From Eledone cirrhosa (Eukaryota): a DNA stretch of 64,000 nt. Below are positions 23,397 through 39,314 of this stretch, piece by piece; the first letter of the stretch is position 1, and every line of letters begins with the position of its first letter. Both the position numbers and the translations under genes were made by a program. The notes beneath the pieces are model-generated. The model made no database searches. It saw nothing but the letters and a program-made list of their open reading frames with translations, and was not told where the DNA came from. Location of the stretch: positions 169,198,001-169,262,000 of the forward strand of contig OZ024743.1 of NCBI GenBank assembly GCA_964016885.1. The letters run 5' to 3'.

Positions 23397-23955
23397 TATG
23401 GTCGGGTCGTTGGCGACTAAATTGGCAACCCCACCAAGGTTTCTTGGTGAGAAGGGTGACTTTGGACATCCTGCAGGAGTAAAAACACAACCTGTCAAAG
23501 GGCAAATGAGCTCTTAAGAGTCAATGGCCATCCAAAATCACCGGGAGAGATGACCCTTTAGGCTTTGTCAAGGCAGAATTCTAGGAGAAGGAAAACTCTG
23601 ATATAACACCTGCAACCCTGATGGTATCCAATGATGTTGACTTGTTCTTCTTTTTGGTAAATATCATCTTGGTTAACAGAGTGGGACTGGCTTTGTGCAG
23701 TGCCTTTGCTCACTATAAAAGTTTCACGGCACAGGCATTGCTTTACATTTTGAGATATCTCTGCACTTGTCGCCACATGGTACCATGGGCCCAGCACTAT
23801 GTGTCAATAATTGTCACAAGTGTAATGTTTGTACCAGAGTTTTCAAGTCTCTGGATGGACTAAAAAGTTACACTTGTTCAGCGCATCGGTAGGAGTTCTC
23901 CTACATGGATATAAAGTAGTGGCCGTACTCGAAAACGAGTTAGCAGCCACCATAT
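23397..23955. repeat. Dispersed non-coding repeat (fuller copy of 10787-11175)
   Basis: Direct sequence similarity; contains an extra ~225-bp core; (TA)n flanks. Confidence 0.75.
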
Positions 23956-24383
23956 AATTTATATAGATATATAGTATATATATATATAGTATATAGATAT
24001 ATAGTATATATATATAGTATATGTATATATGGTATATATATATATATATTACATATATATAGTATATATTTATAGTATATATATATAGTATATATAAAGT
24101 ATATATATATATAAATATATATAAGTATATACATTATATATAGTATATACACAGTATATATATATATATATTATATATATACAGTATGTGTATATATAAA
24201 TATATGGTATATATATATATGGTATATATATAAAGTATATATTTATATATATATATGGTATATATATATATGTGTGTGTGTATATACACATATTTTTATG
24301 TGTACATTTATATACATGTATATGTGTATATGTGTTTGTATATGTCTATATGTGTGTGTGTGTTTGTATATATGTATATATAA

Positions 24384-24498
<115 letters not shown>

Positions 24499-24831
24499 CG
24501 TGTGTGTGTGTGCGTGTGTGTGTGAATGTAGCGAAGATTATACGACAGCAATGACGTATTCGTCAGAATGTCGTTATGCAGACAACAGACATACAGACAG
24601 ATATTATAAGGGCTCGACGGAGATCGATAGCCGGCGCCTAACACCGCTTTTACACAGAGAATTGAAAAATATTTGAGGTCAAATACCAACCCTACTAGCA
24701 TCTACAAACTGACCAATGAGAATTAAGTCTATTCCTGCTGACAGTATTAAATTATTCCTAACAAGCTCATATGTCCCAAGGCTCAGATACCATCAACACT
24801 ATAAACACAGAGCTGGAATATCTAGAAACTG

Positions 24832-24891
24832 ACTAATGGCCTGATGAGGTCATAGCCATTCAAGGGCTATTATCGAAATATATATAGCAGT
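24832..24891 (+). ncRNA. Hammerhead ribozyme in a solo PLE-like end (~24525-24940)
   Basis: ACT....GC-CTGATGA-GGT.ATAGCC(attcaag)GGCTAT.ATC-GAAA-TATATA-TA|GCAGT. Confidence 0.8.
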
Positions 24892-24936
24892 AAATAAAGG
24901 ATTATGAGTTCATGCAATTGACTTATGTTTCGTCAC

Positions 24937-25008
<72 letters not shown>

Positions 25009-25288
25009 TATATACTATATATGTACTATATATACGATATATATATATATATATATATTCAGGTCTGAGGTTCACCACTGTATAGAGCTGGTCTATTCTC
25101 TATGGTCAATTGTAATGTAATAATATAGAGAGTACTCAACGTAAAGCAGTTCAACCGTCTTTGTTTTTGTAGTTGGTGGTGCTATTACGGAGTTAAATAT
25201 TATAATGAAATGACAGGTCATTGAAATGATCATAGTATAATAAACCTTTCAAGGATTTACACAAATCCAGCCTCCTGTCATTTCATTA

Positions 25289-25379
<91 letters not shown>

Positions 25380-25459
25380 CGTATATATATAGTATATATA
25401 TATATATATACTATATATATATATATGTGTGTGTATATATACGATATATATACTATATA

Positions 25460-25862
25460 TATTGAAGAGTTAAACAAAATTCAATGAGTATATCAAAGAA
25501 TGAGTTTTACAGTAGATTGGAAGCACTCTACGAAAAAATAATTTTCCTGAGTTATTAATATTAGAATATAAATATTAATAAATTAGATGTTCTTTTGATC
25601 AATTACATTTTATTATACGTATTTCGGATGTATAACAGTACGTCCTCATTAGACAAAATATAATGATACATGACATACTCTGAGATGTTAAATGGTTAGG
25701 ATTTAATCAATTTGATTAAATCTTAACCATTTAACATCTCAGTGTATGTCATGTATCATTATATTTTGTCTTATAAGGAGGTACTGTTGTACATCCGAAA
25801 TATGTATAATAAAATGTAATTGATCAAAAGAACATCTATTTTATTAATATTTATATTCTAAT
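25460..25862. mobile_element. Fold-back PLE end (arms ~25560-25710 / 25712-25862) of the 35440 family with decayed HHR cores
   Basis: Near-perfect palindrome centred on GATTTAATCAATTTGATTAAATC; matches 35440-35588; cores mutated (CTAATGA; CTTATAA). Confidence 0.8.
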
Positions 25863-25916
25863 ATACTATATATATATATATACTATATATATATTTATAT
25901 TCTATATATATATATA

Positions 25917-25986
<70 letters not shown>

Positions 25987-26174
25987 GTTAACATATACAT
26001 AAAGTTATAGATATATACATGTTGCAACTGGTCACTTTTAAGCTCTATGAAGAATTAATAAATTAAAAAATCAGACTAATATATCATAAATCATGGCTTG
26101 ACCAAAGCCACATAGTGATTCTTAGCCATTTTTGGCGGGATCGGATTGAAAAACTAGATGTCTGATTTTGAGTT

Positions 26175-26253
26175 TGTCTCCTGATGAATCCTAACTCAGG
26201 ACATTCCTATTATTTGGATGTCTAAAAATAAGGAAGAAACCATGGTAGAGATA
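26175..26253 (+). ncRNA. Hammerhead ribozyme with branched stem II region
   Basis: TGTCTC-CTGATGA-[TCCT(aactc)AGGA plus TTCCT...AGGAA hairpins]-GAAA-CCATGG-TA|GAGATA, inside a TA-flanked segment 25985-26540. Confidence 0.7.
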
Positions 26254-26535
26254 TAATTACGGTATGTGCGCATTTCTTCTAAGTTTAATTTTACACCTAA
26301 TTGCGTATGGTTGATGGTATATTTAGTCGGTTTCTACATGCTGTCAAAATGTTGGATAAATATTAGATTGGGGCCGCCGCGAAGAGGCTACGTTCGGTTA
26401 TTTGTCGGAGATTTCTCCATAAGAGCGTTTATTCTTATAGCTTGTTCTAATTGATTTTTTATATGGTTAATTATGCTAATTAGAAGAAGAAATAGTATAT
26501 ATTTTAATATCTGATGAATCTAAAGACATGATTTA

Positions 26536-26618
<83 letters not shown>

Positions 26619-27865
26619 GATAAATCTACCAAGAGTTTACGGTAGTGTCCAATCCGTATGAAGAACTCAATGTATTCCGGATATCATGGAAAGAAGAGAT
26701 GTAATGAAAAACCACTTTCGGTGAAAGATAAACGGTATACAGAGTCAAGATAAAATATTAAACAAATAATGAATAAACAATTCCTTATATTAAACAAAAA
26801 AAGTTCATTATTTAACGATCGTTTCTAGGATATATATGTGTTAGAATTGGTATGCATATTCAACAGATCTATGTACAAAATTATACAAAATTATACAAAT
26901 TATCAAGATTAAATATACATACCAAACACATATATACGCCGTCTTCAGAAATAATGAAGTATATTTATTGATAATAACAACAATTCAAAATTTCAGGTCC
27001 GTTTGGGAACAAAAATTGACCAATGAAAACACAAAGGGTTAAATGCAGTTCGGTGTGTGTATATACATGTAAAACCCTTACACATATTTTACAAAAATGT
27101 ATGTATAATTTGTATACGCATACTAAAAGGATGGATGCAAATACAAAATTTCAAGGTTAATGTCTCTGTGAGTTTATAATGCACAAATAAGATGCGTATT
27201 GACACTTATGAAGTTAAGTATATAAATATATTTTTTCATACTCACACATATCCGTACAATCACACATACACGCGCGTATATGCATAAATATACACATAAC
27301 CACGAACATACAAACACACACACACCCCCACTCACATTTATATATGTGGATATAAAATCATAAGCACATGGATATTAATTCACTCACATAAAACACTGGC
27401 ACACACATTTTCAGATCAAGATACAGAAATTAGGTGGGAGGGGGGGGGGAGGGGTCAGTATTCAACGGTCTGAGTAGACTGCCTAATATAAATGTATCTA
27501 TAAACTAAGAAAAATAAACAAATAAAATATAATAAATAAAACATTAAGGAGGAAAGAATAGAAAGAAAAACAGAAAAAAGAAAAAAGAAAAAAGAAAAAA
27601 GAAATATATCAAGAAAATAAATATACACACATACACATATATACACATACATATATATATATATATATAAAAACATACATATATATACACATAGACACTC
27701 ACACATCCATACATAAATATACACACATATATAAACACATACATACATATACACACATCCACACTAAGAACATACATACACACACATATATAAACCTATA
27801 CATATACACACATACATACATATACACATATACATACAAATACACATACATATATATATACACAC

Positions 27866-27896
<31 letters not shown>

Positions 27897-28213
27897 TATA
27901 CATATATATGTATATACACGTACATATACACACACATATACATATAATCACACATACTATACAGACACAGATATATATAACCACACACATACATGCACAT
28001 ATACACCACTTACATACTAATATACATACAGATATACACATACATAGCTATATATACACACAAATATATACAGACTTACATATATACATACAGACAAATA
28101 CTTACGCATCTATATATCGGTATATACATACAAACACCACTACACTATCACACAACATAGAAATACAAAGAGAAAGGTATATACCTATACACACATACAT
28201 ATACAAATAGAAA

Positions 28214-28257
<44 letters not shown>

Positions 28258-28495
28258 CAAATACACATACACACACATACAGATATATACACATACATAC
28301 ATGTACACACATATAGAAATATTTACGCATACATACGTACACACATACATATAAAGTCATACACAGACATACATCTACACGAACATACATATACACATAT
28401 ATAAAGATATATACACACACACACACACACGCAACACATACACACATACACATATATATAAAAAATAAATAATAAAGATATATACATATATATAT

Positions 28496-28528
<33 letters not shown>

Positions 28529-30404
28529 CATATATACACATACACCTAAATATACATACATATACATACACACATACATAGACATACATGTACATACATA
28601 TACGTACATCGATATACATATATATATATATATACACACATAGACATATACATCCATACACACACAACTTACATACACACATATATATACATGTATATTC
28701 ATACATAGAATTAGAAATATAATCATACATACATATGCACTTACTTATACACAGACACATATACACACTCACATATATATATGTGTGCATGCACACACAC
28801 ATATATACATACATACACATATATACACATAAACACATATATGTGCATACATGCACATACACACATATATCACATAGATACGGAGATAGACATATAAATA
28901 GAGAGACATACATATATATACAACACACATACACACACATACATACACACGCATATATATATACATATATATATACATATATATATTCCTATATATACAC
29001 ATATACATATATATATACACATATATACACATACATACACATATACGTACACACATTCACATACACATACATATATACATGCATATATACACACATATAC
29101 ATACATACACACACTCATATATACACACACAATCTTACATTCATATTTGCATGCGCATATATGTATTTTTATATTTAGATATAAATACCCAAACCTATAT
29201 AGACACCTACCTACATATATATTCATACATAGACGCTTACAAATACAGATGATAATAGTATGGGGGAAAGGGGGGGTTTGGAGAAGGGGATCAAAGTAAA
29301 TATATGTTTCAAGAAACATAGAATATTTTCCGTATCTTTATCCAATGTATGTTTTTACATATTTTCAGTGTTAGGAAATACAACAAACAAAAACTAAGGC
29401 AAAATCTATGCATCTCAAAATAAACAAGTATACCATTAATCATATGTTAACTAAACCAAAGATAGTTAACATATTGATTTCTAAGGTGTAAATTAGTTAG
29501 GTTTATAATATTTGAAGCAGAATTTTGAAGTTAAATAGTAGTAGAGTATCAATTACAGTATAACTAAATTAAAGTTAATAACATTATGGTATCAATATTA
29601 GGAAATGAAATTAGTAATAGGGAAAAAAACAAATAAAATAAAGTAGTACATCGGTAGTAGAATATAAATTATAGGTTAACTAAATTAAAAATTATATATT
29701 TATTTCTATAGTATATGTTAATTAGGTATACAATACATAAAGCAGATATTGTATTTCATCAATAGCATAATATAATTATATGCAAATAGAAATCAAAATT
29801 AATACGCATACATATACATATACATACACATACATATATACATATATATACACACACATATATATACATATATATACATATATACACATATACATACACA
29901 CACACATACACATACACATATACATATACATATCATTTTTCAAAAAATTGCATAGAATATATTAACTAGGTATATATCCAAAACACATCCCATTCTATGA
30001 TTACATGACATTCTGCAATTCGTCTGTATAAAGATACTAATTTTAAGCAAATTAAAATTAAATTTTTAGGTTGATTAAAACTAAAACCAAATTATAAATA
30101 TATTTCTAAAATGTATATTAATTAGGTCAATAATACTAAAAATTATTTCTCTGTCATTGGATACACGATATTATTTTGTTATATTTTATCTGTAAAAGAA
30201 TTATAATAAAAATAATAAAAGGTTTAAATAAATTAAAATTAATCTATAAATTAAATTACTAAGTATATATTAGTAATATTTAAAGGTTTTTCACAATTTA
30301 TGATTACATAATATTTTATATTCTGATCTGTAATAAAATTTTAATTAAATTAAATTTATAGGTTAACTAACATTTAAATTAAATTAATTTCTAAAATAAT
30401 GTTG

Positions 30405-31505
30405 TTAATTAGGTTTATAATATTTAAATGTTTTTTTTAGTTTATGATTACACGATATAATTAATTCCTGTCGTTTATTTAATAAGATATCCTTAGACTT
30501 CATTATTTCAAATAGTTCTTGGGAACATAATCTACATTCATTTCTATTATTTTGATAAGGGGTGGCTCTTTTGAGCACACTCCAGGTCAAATCATATTTT
30601 ATATTCTTATTTTTATAACTATTGATTTTTTCAGCTAGAGATGTTGTATTAGCCAGTGCGGCATTTTTAAAACTATGCTTGTGGGTATTAAACCTTGTCT
30701 TAAAATTGTTAGAGGTAGCTCCTATATATGAGCAAATAGAATCTTTAGTTTTAACATTACATTTATAGACTATGTTGTTAACAAGACAATTCCCTTTTAA
30801 TGGGCAGTTTGCTTTGTTTCTACAGTTACATCCTTTCGTTAATTCTGTATTTGAGGAGATATTATGGTTAATTTGATGTACTGGTGGTATACTTATGGTT
30901 TTCTTACATTTATATGCATTATATGCACTTATATTTTGTTTTATGTTATTTGTTGTAGAGTATGAGAATTTAACTGTAGACCTATTTAAGATTTGATGGT
31001 ATTTGTGGTTTGGCGGGAAGTTTTTCTCAAGGATATAAAAAATTTTTTTAGCAATATTATCCTTAACTTGTAAATTAAAAGGAGCATTATACCAAGTAAC
31101 CCGTCTATTACGGTTTCTATGTTGTTTATTATTTTTATTATTTTTACAGGTTGTATCGTGATTTTTACTAGGAGGATTAATGTTAATGATCTCACCACGA
31201 CTATTTTTAGTTATATTTGTAGATTTAGGTGTTTTATCCTTTTTATTAGGAGTTTTATTATTAATATTTATTAGAGTTGTATGATGAGTAGTTTTTTGAG
31301 AGTTACTATACTTTATATTAGAAGATTTGGTATTTTGGGGTATAGTGTGGGTAGCATTTAGGTGTGTACTTTTCATTTGGTGTTTGTTGGTAATATTATG
31401 TTGTATGCTTTCAGTATTTTTAGTAGAAGGTATATACTCTAATCTATTTTTGTGGCCACTTCTATCTAGAGCTTCGTTATAGAAGGTCGCATTTTTATCA
31501 AATAC
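30405..31505 (-). pseudogene. PLE thumb, linker and GIY-YIG (5' truncated)
   Basis: YNEALDRSGH, WYNAPF, CNCRNKANCPLKGNCL..IVYKC, YIGATSNNFKTRFNTH, CRLCSQE. Confidence 0.9.
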
Positions 31506-32630
31506 ATGTATATATATGTGTGTGTATATATATGTATATATGTATGTGTATGTATATGTATATGTATGCGTATTAATTTTGATTTCTATTTGCATATAAT
31601 TATATTATGCTATTGATGAAATACAATATCTGCTTTATGTATTGTATACCTAATTAACATATACTATAGAAATAAATATATAATTTTTAATTTAGTTAAC
31701 CTATAATTTATATTCTACTACCGATGTACTACTTTATTTTATTTGTTTTTTTCCCTATTACTAATTTCATTTCCTAATATTGATACCATAATGTTATTAA
31801 CTTTAATTTAGTTATACTGTAATTGATACTCTACTACTATTTAACTTCAAAATTCTGCTTCAAATATTATAAACCTAACTAATTTACACCTTAGAAATCA
31901 ATATGTTAACTATCTTTGGTTTAGTTAACATATGATTAATGGTATACTTGTTTATTTTGAGATGCATAGATTTTGCCTTAGTTTTTGTTTGTTGTATTTC
32001 CTAACACTGAAAATATGTAAAAACATACATTGGATAAAGATACGGAAAATATTCTATGTTTCTTGAAACATATATTTACTTTGATCCCCTTCTCCAACCC
32101 CCCCCTTTCCCCCATACTATTATCATCTGTATTTGTAAGCGTCTATGTATGAATATATATGTAGGTAGGTGTCTATATAGGTTTGGGTATTTATATCTAA
32201 TTATAAAAATACATATATGCGCATGCAAATATGAATGTAAGATTGTGTGTGTATATATGAGTGTGTGTATGTATGTATATGTGTGTATATATGCATGTAT
32301 ATATGTATGTGTATGTGAATGTGTGTACGTATATGTGTATGTATGTGTATATATGTGTATATATATATGTATATGTGTATATATAGGAATATATATATGT
32401 ATATATATATGTATATATATATGCGTGTGTATGTATGTGTGTGTATGTGTGTTGTATATATATGTATGTCTCTCTATTTATATGTCTATCTCCGTATCTA
32501 TGTGATATATGTGTGTATGTGCATGTATGCACATATATGTGTTTATGTGTATATATGTGTATGTATGTATATATGTGTGTGTGCATGCACACATATATAT
32601 ATGTGAGTGTGTATATGTGTCTGTGTATAT

Positions 32631-32679
<49 letters not shown>

Positions 32680-32743
32680 TGTCTATGTGTGAATATATGT
32701 CTATATTCATATGTGTGTATATGTGTATGTATGTGTTTGTATG

Positions 32744-32824
<81 letters not shown>

Positions 32825-32945
32825 TTTTATTATTATAATATAACTTATGTGTATGTGTGTATAAGTGAAGTTGTGTATATGTATATAATATGTGTATATA
32901 TAAGTGTAAAAAAATATATATATATATGTGCATGTCTGTTTTTTA

Positions 32946-32986
<41 letters not shown>

Positions 32987-33097
32987 GTGTGTATATATAT
33001 CTATATGTGGGTGTTTGTATGTGTATTTATGGTGGTATGAGTGTGTGGATATCTATGTATATATATATATATATATATATGTATGAGTGTATGTGTG

Positions 33098-33137
<40 letters not shown>

Positions 33138-33527
33138 TATGTATATGTGTATGTGTGTATATATATATCTCTATTAATGCGTGTGTGTATGTATATACAT
33201 ATGCCTTTTTATTATTATTTTATTTGTATGTCTGAGTTAGGTGAGGTTGTAGTGGTTTTTTATGTATATACGCATATATGGATGCGTATGTATTTGTATA
33301 TATGAGTATAAGTAAGTGCATATGTATGTATGATTATATTTCTAATTCTATGTATGAATATACATGTATATATATGTGTGTATGTAAGTTGTGTGTGTAT
33401 GGATGTATATGTCTATGTGTGTATATATATATATATATGTATATCGATGTACGTATATGTATGTACATGTATGTCTATGTATGTGTGTATGTATATGTAT
33501 GTATATTTAGGTGTATGTGTATATATG

Positions 33528-33560
<33 letters not shown>

Positions 33561-33798
33561 ATATATATATGTATATATCTTTATTATTTATTTTTTATAT
33601 ATATGTGTATGTGTGTATGTGTTGCGTGTGTGTGTGTGTGTGTATATATCTTTATATATGTGTATATGTATGTTCGTGTAGATGTATGTGTGTGTATGAC
33701 TTTATATGTATGTGTGTACGTATGTATGCGTAAATATTTCTATATGTGTGTACATGTATGTATGTGTATATATCTGTATGTGTGTGTATGTGTATTTG

Positions 33799-33840
<42 letters not shown>

Positions 33841-33865
33841 ATATATATATATATGTATATGTATA

Positions 33866-33909
<44 letters not shown>

Positions 33910-34467
33910 TTTCTATTTGTATATGTATGTGTGTATAGGTATATACCTTTCTCTTTGTATTTCTATGTTGTGTGATAGTGTAGTGGTGTTTGTATGTATA
34001 TACCGATATATAGATGCGTAAGTATTTGTCTGTATGTATATATGTAAGTCTGTATATATTTGTGTGTATATATAGCTATGTATGTGTATATCTGTATGTA
34101 TATTAGTATGTAAGTGGTGTATATGTGCATGTATGTGTGTGGTTATATATATCTGTGTCTGTATAGTATGTGTGATTATATGTATATGTGTGTGTATATG
34201 TACGTGTATATACATATATATGTATATATATGTGTATATATATATATATATATATGTGTGTATATATATATGTATGTGTATTTGTATGTATATGTGTATA
34301 TGTATGTATGTGTGTATATGTATAGGTTTATATATGTGTGTGTATGTATGTTCTTAGTGTGGATGTGTGTATATGTATGTATGTGTTTATATATGTGTGT
34401 ATATTTATGTATGGATGTGTGAGTGTCTATGTGTATATATATGTATGTTTTTATATATATATATATA

Positions 34468-34512
<45 letters not shown>

Positions 34513-35197
34513 ATATATGTGTATGTGTGTATATTTATTTTCTTGATATATTTCTTTTTTCTTTTTTCTTTTTTCTTTTTTCTGTTTTTCTTTCTATTCT
34601 TTCCTCCTTAATGTTTTATTTATTATATTTTATTTGTTTATTTTTCTTAGTTTATAGATACATTTATATTAGGCAGTCTACTCAGACCGTTGAATACTGA
34701 CCCCTCCCCCCCCCCCTCCCACCTAATTTCTGTATCTTGATCTGAAAATGTGTGTGCCAGTGTTTTATGTGAGTGAATTAATATCCATGTGCTTATGATT
34801 TTATATCCACATATATAAATGTGAGTGGGGGTGTGTGTGTGTTTGTATGTTCGTGGTTATGTGTATATTTATGCATATACGCGCGTGTATGTGTGATTGT
34901 ACGGATATGTGTGAGTATGAAAAAATATATTTATATACTTAACTTCATAAGTGTCAATACGCATCTTATTTGTGCATTATAAACTCACAGAGACATTAAC
35001 CTTGAAATTTTGTATTTGCATCCATCCTTTTAGTATGCGTATACAAATTATACATACATTTTTGTAAAATATGTGTAAGGGTTTTACATGTATATACACA
35101 CACCGAACTGCATTTAACCCTTTGTGTTTTCATTGGTCAATTTTTGTTCCCAAACGGACCTGAAATTTTGAATTGTTGTTATTATCAATAAATATAC

Positions 35198-35352
35198 TTC
35201 ATTATTTCTGAAGACGGCGTATATATGTGTTTGGTATGTATATTTAATCTTGATAATTTGTATAATTTTGTATAATTTTGTACATAGATCTGTTGAATAT
35301 GCATACCAATTCTAACACATATATATCCTAGAAACGATCGTTAAATAATGAA
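35198..35352 (+). ncRNA. Hammerhead ribozyme with very long stem II (second copy 26804-26958, minus strand)
   Basis: TTCATTATTT-CTGAAGA-[~115-nt hairpin]-GAAA-CGATCG-TT|AAATAATGAA; perfect 10-bp stem I. Confidence 0.8.
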
Positions 35353-35439
35353 CTTTTTTTGTTTAATATAAGGAATTGTTTATTCATTATTTGTTTAATA
35401 TTTTATATATATATATATGTATATATACTATATATATAT

Positions 35440-38400
35440 TAAAATATAAATATTAATAAAATAGATGTTCTTTTGATCAATTACATTTTATTATACATAT
35501 TTCGGATGTAAAACATTACGTCCTCATCAGACAAAATATAATGATACATGACATACACTGAGATGTTAAATGGTTAAGATTTAATCAAGGTAGAGATTAA
35601 CCCGATAGAAGATTTTGCTTATATCCTATTTATGTGAAAGTGCGAAAACGTAATAATTTCATTAGAGAATGTGTGAGTAAGAAAAAACGTTGCATACTGT
35701 AAGTGTTCTAAAAGTTTTTAAAATATATGATACTACAATATATCTAGGAAGACGTCCTATGAATCATAACAGCCAGTGATAGCCACTGGAAAAAGATTTA
35801 TAAGGAGGGAAACATAAAGGGGGGGGGGGGTCGAAAGTTGAACGGTTAGATTTGAAAATATTTAATTTATAATATTCAGGTGAAGACTCCAGATTTCAGG
35901 ATTATTTGCTAGTTATTTATATATTATTTATATAAATTCGATAAGTGTGTTATCATTTTTAAACTTCTGAATTGTGAGAATAACATTTAAAGGATTTAGC
36001 TGGCACATAAAGAATGAAATATTATACTGTTGATTATTTACCTAAATCTAAACTTTAACAAATATACCAAGATATTAGGTATGTAAAGCTGTTGAAGTAC
36101 TTATTGTTATAAGTATTTAAATAACTATTATGTATATAGGTATATATTATTGAGCCAGTATGTTTAAGGTAAATAATACCGACGAAGATAAAGATAAAAT
36201 AACATGTTAAGGATAAATATATACATATGTATAACTGGGTGTAAATGTAGTAATTATTCTTCAACCAAGATATCAACATATTATTAAATATAGGGATGCA
36301 TATATGTAGGTATTATTAGTGTAGTATACTTTAAGTAAATGATAACAGTTATACACTTATCAACGTGTTACATTTAAATATATATATATATACATATAAT
36401 AAAAACAAACAATGAGTGCATGTATAATATAGAGTTCAAAATAATGTCCATAATAATTTTTAGTTTGGATATTTTCTCTATATTTGAATAATATATATAG
36501 AAATGTGGTAGGTATATTTAAAAATATATAAAATACAATATATAACTACATATATATTATAATACATTATATTATAAATAAATAAGAGATCGAAAGTACA
36601 GCGAACAATTCACTTTTATATATAAGTTTGAATCCGTCTCAAAATTTAGAATTTATAGTGCAGTAAGTATATTTAAAAGAAATATATGCTATATTATACT
36701 ATAAATCATAGATCAAAAACTCATTAAAAAATTTGGAGCTATAGATAAGTTTCATAAAAATGTTTGGATTTGGTATTAAAGTAAAATTTAAAAGAGATCA
36801 CAAATGTATTAAACATTCACAGTTAAATAAATTCGATAAATATGTAAGGATTAGGTATTGTACTAGATTATAGATAGAGATAATGAGTTAAATAAATGAT
36901 GGTGTTGATCAGAGTTAACAAATAATGTTGTGTGTATCAATATTTAGGCATGGTAATTGAAATATTGTCATTCATTCTAACATTGTTTTTTTCTAGAGAT
37001 AGTTATAACATAAAGCAATAATAAAGGCCATTGATGTTTTTTACTGTTGATTATACTGTATATTTCTGGTAACCGAGTTGTTATTGGTTATTTCTTTCTC
37101 GTTTTATGTGAGGCTAAAAAAGTGGACGTAGCTTTATGGAGGCAATTAGAGAATAATTCACTTTTTTTGTTAATTAGGGTCTCATAATTATTAATAATCA
37201 ACAGGGTCTCCATTGTACAGAGCGGGCAGTTATTTGATATACTAGAATTACGGTAAATTCCACAGTTCCGAAGTTTTGTCCAAAGAATGGAGTATTCTAG
37301 ATTCTTCTCTTTTAAAGACCATATGAGCTGTGATAAAGACGTGGATGATTTCTTCTTAGAGTTCAAGAATGAACATTTATGGTTCGCGAAACGAAGCTTG
37401 AATGTGGACGAGGTTGATCCTATGTAATTGTATGTTTTATGGTCAGGTTTTACGGTGCATTTATAAACCAAATTACTATCTAAACAATTATTTTGCAAAG
37501 GGCAATTATTTTTATTTCTACAATTACATTTTGGTTTAGTATCATTAATGTTAACTCTATTATTATGATCATTATGTTGGTTTGGTTTTAGGATTTTCTG
37601 CGTTTAATTTGGCGATGTTTTGGGCCATGTTACTGGTTGTAGAATTTGCAAATTTAATGGTATGTCTATTAAAAATGGAATGGTATTTATGTTGAGTAGG
37701 TAAAGAGGTGTCAAGAGCTTTAAAGAATAGTTTTGCAATTGGTGTTTTAACTGCGACCGAAGCAGGGGGTGCGAACCATATGACTAGTTTGGATCTAGTT
37801 CGTATTCTCGATTTGTTTAGCGTATGTGTGTTTGAGTTATAATTATTAGAGTTACTGTTATATATGTTATTATTATTATTATTAGGAATAATACTTGGAT
37901 TGTTATTACCTACATATTCTATATTATTCATATATCCTTCTCTTTTTAACGCGTTGTTGTTGTATTCTGCATTTTTATCAAATATATCTTTATTAGCTGA
38001 TATTTTATTAATACGTTTTTGCACACTATTAACTATAGCTTTCTTTACAGATCTAGGGTGATTTGAATAGTTGCTAACATAATTTAAGTTTTCATTAGGC
38101 TTATGAAAAGGGTAATAGAAGCCAGTGTTTAAGTTAAAGGTAACGTCTAGGCAATTAACTATTTTGGTACCATTTTCTACTTCTAATTTAAGGTCGTATG
38201 TTTTAAAGAATTCTATTATACTTTTATTAATTCTATTTAATTCTATATTGTTATGTTTGACCACCGGTAATCTCCGGCAGTTTTCTATTTATCATGTTAA
38301 TATGAAAATTCCCAGAAGATCTGTGATTTGCGCGGAAGCAGATGCCCCATAGTGATATCTCTATCTGAGCGTGTCCAAAATTCGTTATTGAAGTTAATGA

Positions 38401-38975
38401 GAGTTCTTCTGGCTGTTAAAATGATATCTATTTCATTTGTGGTTAGATCAGTATGCTTATAAGCATATGAGAGGGCCTTATTTAGAAGTTTAGGTGTTAT
38501 AGAAGAATAGTAGCTGGATGAATTTATAGTATTTCTTATCTTCAATATTCGTGCACCATTCAATGACCTCGTTTGTATCTTTCCATAAGCTCAAACTAAA
38601 TCTCAATTTAAGAGTGGGTAATATTCTATCTATGATGTTTTTACTGATTACTCCTATATCCGATTTTGATGGAGCAATCAGTCTAACTGGCATCTCTTCC
38701 TTAAAGTTTCTTTTATGATCCTTCAGGTTAATCCTCGGCTATCTAGGTAAGAATGATTCAGTTCTTCCTTGTATTCCTAGATTGGTAATTAATTTATAAG
38801 CTTCTTCATTAATTTCAGTAAGATTCTCGGCCGGGGCTTTTTTGTAATTTTTCCTAAGTTCTTTCAGAATCAGGTCGTTATATTCATCTTCGCTTATCCC
38901 ATATAAATTATAAGTTTTGTCAGATTTAACCAATACTTATTAATAATACTTTGACATATTCATTGAATATTGTTT
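35440..38975 (-). mobile_element. Decayed PLE (Nematis-like) with frameshifted RT-GIY-YIG (37088-38935)
   Basis: KSDKTYNLY, RLIAPSKSDIG, WFAPP, NCRNKNNCPL, VYKC..YIGSTSSTFKLRFANH; 3' HHR. Confidence 0.9.
35485..35537 (-). ncRNA. Hammerhead ribozyme
   Basis: ATTTTGT-CTGATGA-GGA.GTAA(tgtt)TTAC.TCC-GAAA-TATGTA-TA|ATAAAAT. Confidence 0.8.
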
Positions 38976-38987
38976 AACAATTTAATA

Positions 38988-39075
<88 letters not shown>

Positions 39076-39280
39076 TATATATACATACTATATATATGTA
39101 TATATATACTATATATATACTATATTTATATATAGTATCTATATGTATATATATATAGTATATATATATATACTATATATATATATAGATATAGATACTA
39201 TATTAATATAGTATATATATAGTATATATATATACATATATATAGTAGGTATATATAGTATATATATATTTATATATATA

Positions 39281-39311
<31 letters not shown>

Positions 39312-39314
<3 letters not shown>

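Larger units (their letters stand above)
26616..35406 (-). mobile_element. Giant fold-back PLE: truncated ORF, ~3.8-kb low-complexity 3' UTR and ~3.9-kb inverted arm
   Basis: 26750-29869 is mirrored by 31506-35406; ORF remnant 30405-31505; HHR in both arms. Confidence 0.9.

Noticed and set aside
25060-25296. Short island with a 22-bp inverted repeat (25196-25218 / 25274-25296)
   Set aside because: Probably another tiny fold-back end, but no ribozyme or homologue is visible to support a call.
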